From the NCBI RefSeq assembly GCF_964194025.1, contig NW_027452515.1:1-64000 (forward strand): a DNA stretch of 64,000 nucleotides, read 5' to 3'. The translations under genes were made by a program, and so were the position numbers. How positions within the stretch are numbered: the first letter of the stretch is position 1; each line of letters begins with the position of its first letter. The stretch comes from Convolutriloba macropyga (lineage: Eukaryota). Below are positions 12,923 to 24,959 of the stretch, in pieces. The notes beneath the pieces are model-generated. The model was not told where the DNA came from, did not search any database, and was given only the letters and a program-made list of their open reading frames with translations.

Positions 12923-13545
12923 CTATTTAGATAATCGGTCACCATCAAACCCCACATATCAAATTTTTTTTGACGAAAAAACATCGATTTTGAAAAATTT
13001 TTGGTTGAATTTTATAAAATTTTTGGTCAATTTTGAGGCAAATCAAAAAAATTTAGAAAATCAATACCGAATATTGATAAATCGTACTTTCATATATAAA
13101 ACCGTTCAGTTTACTACATTACCGTTCCGTAAAGAAGAATTTGCAAAAAAAAAATTGACCAAAAATTTCCAAAATTGGACAAAAGCATAAAATTTTGACA
13201 AATTTCGTCAAAATTATTATTTTCAATCGAAGGTTCGTTAATTTATTGAAACTCAATAAAAAAGGTGTGAAATATTTACCAACCTCCGGCATACAAAAAA
13301 TTTGCATTGCCATATTTTCCTCGTTCTCGATTCGATATCGTACCGCCCGCGTATTTTTCGTTCTTTGACATTTCAATTCTCCACGTTCCGTTTTTTTTTC
13401 AATACCACCGCTCTCCCAAAATTTTCGTTTTCTCTGTCTACTTTTTCCAATTTCGATGTAGTATGTTGTCATATAGGATGAAGCATGTTGTGTTTTGTTG
13501 CAGTATGTTGATTAGGCTAGTATGCTGGTTTGGTCTTATTGCTTT

Positions 13546-14065
13546 CTAGGGTGTGACTTAAGTTTGTTCTGGAGTTACGGCTAGTTGGTTTCTGGACTTT
13601 TCCCAATACTAATTTACTAGCGCCCCTGTTGTAGTATTTTGATATTACCACCGTATGTTTGCGTGTAACTGTATGATTGTCAGTTGGTTTGGGTTTTGCC
13701 TTCCAGGGTGTGACTTAAGTTTATTCTGGAGTTACGGCTAGATTGTTTTCTTCACTTTTCCAGCTTTCATAGACTACAAAAACACATATTGTTTAACTTT
13801 TGCTGCAGTTTGTTTAATATTCTTGGTATGCTGATTGGTTGTTTAGTTTTGAATACTGCTAGGGTGCGACTTAAGTTTATTCTGGAGTTACGGCTAGTAA
13901 ATTTCTTGCTCTTTTCATCCGCTTAGTATACTACTGCCTTGCCGTAATTTAGTTTGTTATTTGTATATATTAAGCCCCTAATGACCTGTGCTAGTTTGTT
14001 TATTGCAGTAGCATCTCTCCTCCTTCCTAGGGTGTGACTTAGGTTTGTTCTGGAGTTACGGCTAG
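13546..14065 (+). repeat. Array of four conserved 39-bp repeats separated by 117-129-bp diverged spacers in the BEL 1 leader
   Basis: ctagggtgtgacttaagtttgttctggagttacggctag at 13546-13584, 13703-13741, 13859-13897 and 14027-14065; each differs from this sequence at 0-2 positions. Confidence 0.92.
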
Positions 14066-14109
14066 ATTGTTTGGCTGAGTTTGTTGCTGTGGTATGCTAG
14101 CATAGTACT

Positions 14110-14420
14110 TACCGACCTCCCCGCTCGCTGCTTAATCGTCTCCCGCCCGTTCTTTCCCGTCTTTCCGTTTCGTTGCGCGCTACTCGCTCAACGCTTCGGT
14201 TCTAACCGTCCGTTTTCCCGTCGCGTCGTGAGCCCGTCTCCCAACATTTCCATCCCGTCCGTCACGTTTTCCGTTTCTTCGTGTTTCGCTCGTTCCTCGT
14301 TTCCGTCCCGTCCGTTGCGTCGCCAGTTTCCTACCCGCGTTTTGCCCGTTCCGTTCTGTTTCCCGTTTCGTGGCGCTTTATCCACCCGGCCATCTTTCGC
14401 GGGTCGCCTGTTTTTCTGTT
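14110..14420 (+). repeat. A-poor, CpG-rich low-complexity tract of (c)cgtt motifs in the BEL 1 leader
   Basis: Repeated ccgtt / ttcgt / cccgt motifs with very few A residues. Confidence 0.75.
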
Positions 14421-14624
14421 GAGTCTCACGTTGCGTAAAAGCAGGTTAGACGCTCTATGAATTTTGTTACTTACTTTCGCTGAGTAATTTATTACTCGGT
14501 AACTTCTTTACTGCTCTTCGGCGGCTTGAATATCAGGTCGTTGTCAATTGGGTTCGGTATAACCCTATTCCCGTGTGATTGTTTGGAACTTATCTTAATT
14601 TGAGAAATCAGCCATTTTAAGATC

Positions 14625-17600
14625 ATGGCCGATCATCAAGAGAAATTGAAAAAGTTCTTTAATGCAAGATCTAATCTAGGGTCTGAGATATGCAACATCC
14701 ATTAGGACATCACAGATGCCATAGGTTGTCAGGACAGGAGGGTTAAAGTTGAACGATTGGTTTCTAAGTTGAAGGACGTTTTCAGTAAACTTGTGCAGAA
14801 GAATGAGGAACTATTTGACTTGTCCAGTAAAGCGGAGAACCCAGATTAAATTTAACCTGTCTTTGAGCAATGGTTGGATGATGTAATTAAGAACAATGAT
14901 AAATTCTTTCTCGCGGCTAGAAGCTATATTCACACAGTTGCTGACCGAGACACCGTATGTGAGGGCATTAATCCTCAATGGCAGTCTAAGAGAAGTTCAC
15001 GCCGAACAACATTATCAATGTCTAGCCAGCGTAAACATGACTTTCTCATGGCAAAACTGAAACACGAAGAGGCTGAAAAACAAGGACACGCTGCTACGCG
15101 CCTTGCTAAGCGGAAATTCGAAATTGCTATGACAAAAAAGGAGCTTGAAATACAAATGGAGCAGATGGCACTTCAAGAATTAGAGGAAGACCACCGCCAG
15201 CGGGCTGCCGCAGCTAAATTAGATGAGGCCGAATCAATAGATAATTGTTCGTTGTTTAGACACCACTCAAGTGATCTGAATTTGCTTAAAGATCGGGGAT
15301 CAGATGGAAGTCAGGGTTTTGTTCAGGATTAGGTAAATTCTTTTCCAGCAGGTAATTCATGACTGATGCAAGTGAGTTAAACTTTTCTTGTCCTGGTTCA
15401 ACAACCGCTGACTCTCCTGTTAAAGATACTGCCCCTAGTAATCCTCCAGAAGACACAAGTAATGTTGCCGATAACTTAAATCATCCTGAAATGCTTTCTC
15501 AGTACACGCGGCCAGCAAGAAGCGTTGTATCGGGAATATCTCCAGGCTCAACTGCAGCAATCAATCAGTGATCAAAGGGTCAAGCAGGCACACAGTCCCT
15601 CAGGAAGTGGTAAGGTGAACCCAGTGATCCAAGTACCAGTCGAAGTACAAAATGTCGCAATCTCACCACTTCAGCCACCTATGCAACCTCCCCGACACCT
15701 GTTATGGCAACCACGAACTCCATTTTTGTACCTGATTTTTCAACAAACCCACAGGTAAACCAGTTCTTGGGTTTGAAAAGCTCCAGTGTGCCTGGTCAAT
15801 TACAAATGTCGATGCCTCATGTTCCGCAGCTACTGAAACCATCTCAAAGTAACATTCCACACCAAACACAAGTCCCTAATGCTCGTTCTCCGCATAATGT
15901 CTCTCCTCCTCTGAACCTACTCGTGAACCCGCCATCCGTAATCCCGCCTCAAGAATTATTTAATCTCAGCCTCCCGTGATTCCCTCGCCCATTCCAGCGA
16001 GCACAGCAATTTACTTACCCGTTCCCAACATTCCACAACAGAACATTGTCCATTCAACTCAAGCCCGCCTGGTGCCAAGGCCTACCGCACCCAAACGTCC
16101 CCTTAACCGTAACCCCGATTTAAACTTGTGGCGTTTTCCTCACAATACTCCCCCAAATGTAAACCAGGCGAAAAATAATGCAACTGTCTTCAACAACTCA
16201 ACAACGTTCAACCGAACCTACCCCCAAGCACAGCTAACCCCGTCATCAGCCATCCCATCTTGCAATTGAATGTACAACACAATCCTAATAGCAACTACGC
16301 AGCAAACTGTGGCATCCCCGTTAACCCCTTTAGTACAACTACTAACATCGCGCCACGTTTTGTCACGCCGGTTAAAAATCCAACGTACGGGCATACTCCT
16401 CCGATACCATTGTGCTGGGGTGGCCCACCGCATCCATTGCCTCCAGCGCCAGCATCTGAAAATGCAAGCTTGATTAAGGCATTCACTAACGCCTTAACTA
16501 GCAAAAGGAATGAACCGCTACCCAAATGGAAGTTGTCCGAATACAACGGGGATCCTCTACAGTGGCACGAATGGTATGGTCAATTTAAAAGCGCAATTGA
16601 CTCTCAGTCCCTAACTGATAATGTGAAATTGACATACCTTAAGACCCTCGTAACTGGTAAAGCTAAAACAGCTATAGCTGAGTTCGCTTACTGCGGCGCA
16701 ATGTATAAAGACGCACTGAGGACCTTAGAACGTAAATTTGGCCAAACAAATTGAAGAACGTAAACAGGCGGTCGTAACTGCCCATTTGGACAAACTCAGC
16801 AGCTTTCCACCATTGAAGATGCACAATAGCGACAACATCATTAACTATTCAGGGTGCATTTCATGTCTTGCCGGGGAATTTAAATCGCTCTCAAATGATT
16901 CAGATTTAAAGAGTGCTGCGCTTCTAAACACTGCCGTACAGAAGCTTCCACCCAATATAAAGGAATCGTGGTCACTTTTCACGGTCAAAAAGCATTGGGT
17001 GAAACCTACTCTTCTGGATTTCATTGACTGGTTAAAGGAGAAGGCTGAAACGCACAATTTAATGAAGAATATCGCAACTAAAACAAGGAATGAGGATACC
17101 ACCAACCCAGTAACAAAGTCAAAAGTTGCATCAAAGGCATTTGCTGCAAATACGCAACACAAGAGTAACCTTAAACCACAACAGAGTTCTCCGTCAACAT
17201 CAATTTTTAGTTGCATTGTATGCCGAGGGAGCCATCGGCCATGGGAATGCCGTGTCTTTAAGGAAAATAGCCCCACGCAGAGAGCCAAGGTCGTGGCTGA
17301 AGCAAAGCCCTGTTTTTCTTGTTTGCGTGATAAATACATGTTTAGGCGATGCCCAAGTCCCCGTAAGTGTAGAAAAGATGGTTGCAACAGCTCCCATAAC
17401 ACCTTACTTCACGGAGCTGAAATGGTGTTTCCAGCTAAACCCTCTAAAAATAACAAACAACATCGATACTTCGAAGTCGAAAACAAGTACTAGTAGGCCA
17501 TCTACCGGTCAACAGCAACCAAGCAAAACAACTACTTTGTCTTCTGTGACCGATGTCAAAGGCCTCCTTCAGAACACGGAACTGAAACTTACTATCTCTT

Positions 17601-20600
17601 CTGGTACTAGTACTACGGCCTTGGTTTTATGCGATACCGCTTGCAGTAACTCTTGGGTTTCCTATAGTCTCGCAGCTAAACTCGGTTTGCAGGGTACCAC
17701 ATTAAAGCTGAACGTCAACGTTATAAACACAGAAGAACTCATCGACACAAAGTGTGTTCAATTGACTGTGACACCTCATAAAAATCAAGACTTCGAAGCA
17801 TTCACTGTGCCTCCCTATGTGAAGGAAACATCAAATGTAGGATCCGACATCATTGACGTTAAGTCCATGCAGGAAACTTACCCACATCTGGCCGTCCTAA
17901 TTACACTAAAGTATAGCTATGGGAACATTGAGAGGATAATTGGACAGGATGTCTACCATGCCATCCGCCCCTTAGAGTACTTTGCAGCCATCGAAAAGTG
18001 TTCACCGTTCGCTGTTCGCTTGCCCAGAGGTTGGGTTTTAAGCGGCCCACTTCCGTCAAGTTCACGTTTAGTCTCAACGTGTTTCAAAGCCAATTTCGGA
18101 CAGAATTATGAATTAGCTTGTAAGGTTAAGTCTTGGTATGAAATGGAATCGTACGGCGCGTACAAGCAGGTTGACCCACGATCCGCAGCGGATGCTCGCG
18201 CGCAGGATATACATGAAACAACAACTTTTCATAACGGCCAAAAATACGATGTCGGTATGCTATGGGCTGATGACAACATCCAGCTCCCGAATAACTACTA
18301 TTCGTCACTGGTACAGCTCAAGTCTCTCAAAAAGCGGCTCTCAAGAGATAAAACATTGAAAGAAAATTACGCTAAGACTATCAGTGAAGACCTGGAAAAA
18401 GGTTACGTAATTCCAATTCCCGATGCTCACATGATCGAACAGCGGTCGGATAAAGAGTGGTACCTACCACATCATCCCGTAATCAACCCGAACAAACCGG
18501 AGAAAGTGCGTAGGGTACTAAATGGTGCAGCAAAGTTCCACGGTAGTTCTTTGAACAAATCCTTGCTCACTGGCCCCGACCTGCTACAAAACCTAATCCA
18601 TGTGCTACTTAGGTTCCGTCAACATCAATTCGCCGTGTCCGCAGATATTGAGGGCATGTTCCTCCAAGTGGGTGTCCCTGACTGTGACAAGCCATCAATG
18701 CGTTTTTTGCGGCGGGAGGACCCCACAACAAATGTTGTTGTGTATCAATACACGCGCCATATATTCGGGCCTAAAGACTCGCCCACATTCGCTAACTATG
18801 CATTACAACGCACGGCCCGAGACAATGTTAGTCGGTACACTGAAACAACCAAAACCGTCCCAGAAAAATTCTACGTGGACAATTACTTGGATTCGGTGCA
18901 GTCGCCTGAGAGGGCTCTCAAAGGTCGAAGGAGTTGGTGCATCTTCTTCATCTAGGTGGGTTCAAGCCTACCAAGTTTGTAAACAATGTACCAAATCTGG
19001 CTGATCGAATTGATGGGCCAACTCAGTCTACCGAACCAAAAGTAATTGTCTCATCTAAGGAGGATTCTTCGCACGTGCTCGAGTTGAAATGGGATCACAA
19101 CAATGATACTCTATTTGTGAGTCCGAGTACCTCCAGTACAGTAACTAAGTCTTTAACACAACGCTTGGTTTTGAGCTTAGTGTCTAAGGTATTCGATCCC
19201 ATCGGCCTAGTGGCACCATTTACTGTTGGTGCCCGATTGTTACTAAGGGACATCTGGCGTGTCAGCGGGCAGCACTGCTATGAATAATACCAAACGACAC
19301 TGTTGAAAAGTTCCTCGAATGGAGTGTAGAACTACCCAAGCTTGACGAAATCACTATAACAAGGAGCTACTTTTCCGGAAACTTTGAATACCTGGAACTA
19401 CACATGTTTGGCGATAGTTCTAAAGAGGTCTTGTTCGCTGTCTCATTTCTCCGAGCTCGAGTAAACACTTGTAGTGGGCCAAAAACAGAGCTTGCATTTG
19501 TCCTGGGTAAAGCTCGCGTAGCACCTATGAAGGTGATGACAATTCCAAAGCTAGAGCTGCAAGCTGCCCTACTGGCCTCTCGGTTGAAGCAAGACGTCTG
19601 TCGAGCCTTTACTGTGCATGTTATCAAAGTTCTTATGTGGACCGATAGCACCAATGTCTTGCAGTGGCTGAACTCCACAAGCAAGCAGCCAATATTTGTT
19701 GCAAACCGTGTATGCGAGATTTTAGAACACACTAGCGTTGATGAATGGAACCACGTTGCCTCGAGCGATAATCCGGCAGATGCCGGTACTCCTGGTATGT
19801 CCGCTGAGGTTTTGCAATCAAGTAGCTGGGTGAGGGGTCCAGATTTCTTAAGAACCTAATGAATTCCCGTTCGAACCAAGCACCGAAGTAGTTAAAAACA
19901 TCAAACTTGGTATAGTAACTAAGGAAACTGACGAAACCAATACATCATTGGCCGCATCCGTAAACAAGTCAACTAAGGATCCGCCCCCGCAACTAATTCA
20001 CTTCGATAAGTACAGTTCTTATCAGAAGTTGCTACGGAAAACAGCATACGCACTCCGCTTGTTACCTTCTCACGGATGTTACCGTAATGCCGATGTTAGC
20101 ATCATAGACACCACGGAGCTTGACGAAGCCGGGCGTCATCTCCAGCATCTTGTCCAAGGAGATTCATTCAATGCAGAGAGAAAAGATCTCCTCGAAAACA
20201 AACCCGTTAAACGGAGTAGCCGTATTGCTCCCTTTTTCCCCTTTATTGGGCCAAATCGTCTCATCCGATCGGCCGGCCGCATTAAACGGTTGGTCGAAGT
20301 TGACTTTGATGTAAAACATCCTATCGTTCACGATGCACGCCATGAATTTGTAAAGTTGTTCCTTAGGCACAACCACGTTAAACATCATAATCAAGGTATT
20401 GACTACCTGCGGGCTAAAGTACAAGAACACTATGTCATCCTCGAATTACGATCCTCACAGCGTTCCATTAAATCCAACTGCGTCACGTGCAGAAACTTCC
20501 GAGCTGCCACTATTCAAACAATCATGACTGACCTGCCAGCAGAAAGACTCGCATACCAGTCTCCTCCATTCATGAACAACGGGGTCGACTATTTCGGCCC

Positions 20601-21523
20601 GTTTTACGTTACTGTACGTTGGACTACCGAGAAGAATTGGGGTTTCTTCTCCACATGCTTAACTACTCTTGCCGTTCATGTTGAAAACGTTCCGTCCATG
20701 GACGCGAGTTCTTGTGTAATGAGGATGGAGCGGTTCCTCTCCCGTTGGGGTACACCTGCCTTTATTTGGTCAGTAAATGGCACTAACTTTGTTGTCGCGG
20801 AAAAAGAACTACGCGAGAATATCGAAAAGTGGAATATCATCAACATCGCCGTCGAACTTACCCACAAAGGCATTAAGTGGAGGTTCAATCCGCCAAGTGC
20901 GCCACACCAAGGTGGCATCTGGGAGAAGTTGGTACGTAGTTTTAAGCGAATACTCTACACCATCCTCGGTACTCGTCGTCTCATGGACGTTTTGAACACT
21001 ACTTTTTGGATCGTCGAACAGGCACTTAACGCACGCCCGTTAACGCCCTTAAACGCCGACCCGTCCGACCTAGGCGCAATAACACCTAATAATTTCCTAC
21101 TCGGTAACCAAGCAACAGCAATTCCGTCAATCTTTGGCGTAGACGAGTTCAATCATCGTAAACGGTACGCCCGCGCACAGTCGTATGCTAACTTTATTTG
21201 GTCACGATTTGGATCAAAGAGTACGTACTATTTGGATCAAAGGGCCCGGTCACTATTTGGATCAAAGAGTACGTACCGGCGCTGAACCGACGTTCCAAGT
21301 GGTAGACGCCTGCCGAGCAACACCTTAAGACCGGTGATTTGGTTTGGGTAGTTGAAGATACCAACCCAAGGGGTTAATACCCCACTGCTCGGATCACTGA
21401 ACTCCGTTACGGTTCCGACAGCGTCCCGCGCTCCGCCGTCCTGCGCACTTCTACCGGATCGCTCGTCCGCCCACTTGTAAAATTAGTACCCATTCTACCA
21501 GAATCTTCTTCTGGGCCGGAGGA
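14625..21523 (+). pseudogene. BEL/Pao gag-pol polyprotein, broken by stops and frameshifts
   Basis: Gag DUF1759-like LSEYNGDPLQWHEWYGQFKSAID; Cys/His knuckles CIVCRGSH, CFSC, CRKDGCNSSHNTLLH; protease LCDTACS; RT WYLPHHPV, ADIEGMF, FYVDN; Pao RNase H FGDSS, IPKLELQAA, NPADAGT; integrase GVDYFGP, PHQGGIWE. Confidence 0.95.
21513..21523 (+). promoter_or_regulatory. Polypurine tract of BEL 1
   Basis: gggccggagga immediately before the 3' LTR TG. Confidence 0.7.
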
Positions 21524-21958
21524 TGTTAGTAACTAAATAGATTTAAGCGAGAGATTATTAGCCAATCAGAATCGAGTATTTATATAAGCAATCGAATTGA
21601 ACAAAATACGTTCCAAATTACGTATAATGTTCGGAAAAAGTTCGTGTAACCTAATTTTAAGTAAACATAACCACGATATGTACGGATTTAGGTGGTTTTC
21701 GGCTTAATAGTTTTAGGTTCTTTAGACGATTGTTGATCGATTGGGAACCGATTCTGAGGTCAATAATATCAGACAAAAAACCAGTAAAAGAGCATCAAAA
21801 AAACCTTGCCGTCTAAACTCTCACTTGTTGCTATCAGCAAAACTAATACGTTGTCTGGATTTACTTTGTCGTTGTAACACGTTGTTTCTATGTACGCACT
21901 AAAGCTTATACACGTTTGAATAATTTGAAACTTCGAAAGTCTGATTTTGTCAGCTTTA
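21524..21958 (+). repeat. 3' LTR of BEL element 1 (435 bp)
   Basis: Direct repeat of 11702-12135. Confidence 0.93.
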
Positions 21959-22750
21959 GACGCTTTGCATAGTATTGTGACAAAATTGTAAACAAGAACT
22001 GTTAAAAAGCTCTGACTTAAGCACAAATCATAGAAAGTCTAATAATTTGTATTTAATAGCATAATAAGCCATTCGCAGTTTAAATTGCGGATTAAGACGG
22101 CAAATAGCAAATTTAGCATTTGTCGATCAAGTTTCTCTCGAGAAAATGTGTTTTCTAAAAATGGAGCTTAAGTAGATTACAAAAAAGTTCCAGAAATCAG
22201 TTTCAAGCGTAATGGAGCTGTTATCGCTATTGTCCCCAAAAGCCGCAAAGTGTAGGTTTTGCGGCGCATAATTCAGAATGCGTCGAATTTTAAAGTGCAT
22301 GTTTTCAGATATGCCTGGTGAGTTGTTGTCTGCCGAATTGACAAGAACGTGTAAATCGCGATATGACGTCATGAAAAAGTAAGTCAAGGTTGAGATTTCT
22401 CTTCAAAACGAAGCGTTTAGTAAACTCAAATTACTACAAAGATTTGGTGATTGTTGGTACTTAAGCTCCATTTTGTTTTGTAGTTTCTAATCAACAACGA
22501 TGCCCAATGAAACAACTACTCAATTTGTTTTCTCTCACCGTAACATGAAAATTAAAATTAATCAAATCACGGGAAGGAAATAGTCTCTTCATCAGTTAAC
22601 AATTTACTTGGTATTTATCCTTTTTTCTATGAACCCGGGTTGTTCATCATAAAACTTTCCTTGATTTCATTCAAGGTCATATATGATCCCGGTAATCATA
22701 CAAGGTCATATATGATTTGTTTGATTTCCCGGTAATCATAAAAGTTTCAG

Positions 22751-22974
22751 ACAAAAAAAAATACAGTAGTTGTATACAACTCCAATTGTAGCAGCTACAA
22801 CGCTCAATCAGTGGAAAATACACCAGAGTCACCCAAACAATGATTTCTAGAGTTTCATTTCTTCCGGTAATCATACAAGGTCGGGACGGGATATCAAACA
22901 ACATTTCGGTTAAGTGAATCAAAAGTTTATGGAATTGAGTCAAAGGATTTCAACTCGGTCTTTATGAAAATTAG
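22751..22974 (+). pseudogene. Disabled exon of FN3-like host gene (YKKKYSSCIQLQL*QLQRSISGKYTRVTQTMISRVSFLPVIIQGR/TGYQTTFRLSESKVYGIESKDFNSVFMKI)
   Basis: tttcag acceptor in phase 1 (fits exon 9148) and ag|gtaagt donor in phase 2 (fits exon 23103); in-frame TAG at 22789-22791 and an extra G at ~22883 that the duplicate at 24763 lacks. Confidence 0.5.
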
Positions 22975-23102
22975 GTAAGTGTCAAATAAAGAACATCCAT
23001 ACACTGAATAAATATCTTTATTTGAATAGCCGCCGTCAGCCTGCCTCTCAACCGCAATTATTTTAGTCGTCATTTTTCTACTTGCTTTCTAATCATTTTC
23101 AG

Positions 23103-23194
23103 GAAAGACCCAAAAACTTTTCCACCGGATGCAGCTCTGCTGAACATTCCGGACACCAATTTCGTGATGAAGATTCAATCAAAGTACAGATTGA
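23103..23194 (+). CDS. Exon (RKDPKTFPPDAALLNIPDTNFVMKIQSKYRL; phase 2 to 1)
   Basis: cattttcag acceptor, a|gtaagt donor, open frame. Confidence 0.65.
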
Positions 23195-23270
23195 GTAAGT
23201 TCCGATCATTTCAAACTGAATCGTGATCAAATGAATGAAATGAATCAAAACTATGTGTACTATATTTCAG

Positions 23271-23293
23271 TTTTACCCGAAATGAATCTTACG
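23271..23293 (+). CDS. 23-bp micro-exon (ILPEMNLT; phase 1 to 0)
   Basis: atatttcag acceptor, g|gtaagt donor; flanking introns 76 and 51 bp. Confidence 0.65.
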
Positions 23294-23344
23294 GTAAGTT
23301 TCTCTGTTTAAGAAAGTTGTTGTTCACCCTTTTACTTTATACAG

Positions 23345-23373
23345 AAGCAAAGAGACCCTCCCTACGCTAATAG
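23345..23373 (+). CDS. 29-bp micro-exon (KQRDPPYAN+ag; phase 0 to 2)
   Basis: ctttatacag acceptor, ag|gtgagt donor, in frame. Confidence 0.65.
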
Positions 23374-23472
23374 GTGAGTCTGACGAAGTCACTGAGAAAA
23401 GATGTCATTTACCGTGCCCGAATTCATACGTTTTAGACTTTTAGCAATGCAATTTGTTTTTTTTTCCATTAG

Positions 23473-23533
23473 AAGCTGCAAGAATGAAACCTGGAACACT
23501 TACAAGTTCCCTAGTCTAGATCTCGACTTATGA
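23473..23533 (+). CDS. Probable next exon (RSCKNETWNTYKFPSLDLDL*), 3' end uncertain
   Basis: tttttccattag acceptor in phase 2; creates N-glycosylation sequons NRS and NET; runs into a repeat tract and a stop with no clear donor. Confidence 0.4.
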
Positions 23534-23534
23534 A

Positions 23535-23830
23535 AAAACCATGCTCGGCCAAAAAGGGTATGATTAGACCATGCTGGACCCAAAAGAGCTATGAAAAGAA
23601 CTTTGCTAGACATAATTTATCACTTGGACTTTTGCTCGACCCAAATTTTGTCACTCTGGACGTTGCTCGAACCAAAAACTTTCGGCAGGGTTTTGTTCGA
23701 AGTAGGTTTTGACACTCTGGACATTTGCTCGACCCAAATTTAAGCTTGAGTTTTGTCTGACCAAACATGGGTTCTGGACTTTTCCTCGCGACCAAAATTT
23801 TCGAAGGGTAAAAATTGAGGAGCAAAAGTC
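23535..23830 (+). repeat. Degenerate ~29-bp tandem repeat (ttgctcgacccaaattt core)
   Basis: About 9 periodic gctcgaccc / gaccaaa motifs. Confidence 0.6.
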
Positions 23831-24762
23831 AAATCATAAATCAAGAAATGTTATTTTCATGGGTCTTTTTTTATCAGTTCAAATCCATTGAGCATTATAA
23901 GAGAAAGACGTGTATTAGTACAGGCTAGGGATCAGTCCTTGTCAATCAGTTATTATCAAATTTTGAAGTTGAATTTTCACAAGAGCCATCTCATATTGGC
24001 ATCTGTATTCTTATAAAAAAATAAATAGTTGCTGAACTATAAAGCGTTTTAAGATTGCTCGGGTCGAATTCAATTGGCTAACTTGTGAGAACTTGAAAAT
24101 TTCCTGCAATTTCTTACAAGGCGATACATCGCCTTCAAGTTTTTCTTTCAAAAATTTACAAGACCTTAAAAGTTAACCATTCGACTTAAAAGGCCGTTAA
24201 CCGTTGAACTTAAAAAGTTCCTTCAAGTTGAAAACATGTTCTCATAAGATAACCATTCTGTCTATATTGTTGTAAGAGACGCATATTTTGCACTTAGACA
24301 GAAAAATTTCAATCCATGAATTTCATTGCAGCAAAGTTTTAGCCATCAATTGTACATAAAGAAGCTCATTGAGATCTAGCAGCATTTATTAACTGAATTA
24401 TATAGGAACCTCCTGAGTAGATAAAAATGCAATTTTACCGTTTTGTCAACTTAGGCCACATTGTTATACAAACTGAGCCACTAATTCGAATTCGCTTTCT
24501 ACGGTAAAAGAAAGAATGTTATAAGCAATTAACCAAATAAAGTTGAACTCGAACTGAGTGTACTGGCAGGAAACTTACAAGTTAGCCATTCGACTTTCAA
24601 ATTTTTATAAGTTTACATTCGACCTGAAGTTAACCATTTTTTGCAAGAACCTAACAAATTCTTACAAACTAATCGACTTTTGCAATAAACTTGCAAGTTC
24701 ATACAATTTTATTTTCCGGTTTCGACCCATATATTACTTTGTTTGACACATTGTTGGACAAC

Positions 24763-24959
24763 GGACGGGATATCAGACAACATTTCGGTTAAGTGAAGCA
24801 AAAGTTTATGGAATTAAGTCAAAAGATTTCAACTTGGATTTTATGAAAATTAGGTAAGTGTCAAATAAAGAACATCCATACACTGAATAAATATCTTTAT
24901 TTGAATAGCCGCCGTCAGCCTCTCAACCGCAATTATTTTAGTCGTCATTTTTCTACTTG
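24763..24959 (+). repeat. Local duplicate of 22884-23084 (exon 3' part, splice donor and intron)
   Basis: ~200-bp direct repeat with ~7 substitutions and a 4-bp indel; keeps the ag|gtaagt donor at 24854. Confidence 0.9.

Larger units (their letters stand above)
11702..21958 (+). mobile_element. Full-length decayed BEL/Pao LTR retrotransposon (element 1)
   Basis: LTR pair 11702-12135 / 21524-21958; TSD gacgt (11697-11701) / gacgc (21959-21963); PBS-like and PPT motifs; Gag-PR-RT-RH-IN order with BEL-typical motifs. Confidence 0.95.

Noticed and set aside
13546-14065. True CRISPR array
   Set aside because: Eukaryotic retrotransposon context, no cas genes, and spacers of ~120 bp with faint mutual similarity; kept as a repeat-spacer-like array only.
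14081-14422. 113-aa and 65-aa ORFs over the CGTT tract
   Set aside because: An A-poor low-complexity sequence lacks stop codons; no protein-like signal.
23103-23373. Alternative frame ERPKNFSTGC...EAKRPSLR*
   Set aside because: Stops just before a strong donor and does not match the phase-2 end of the upstream exon.
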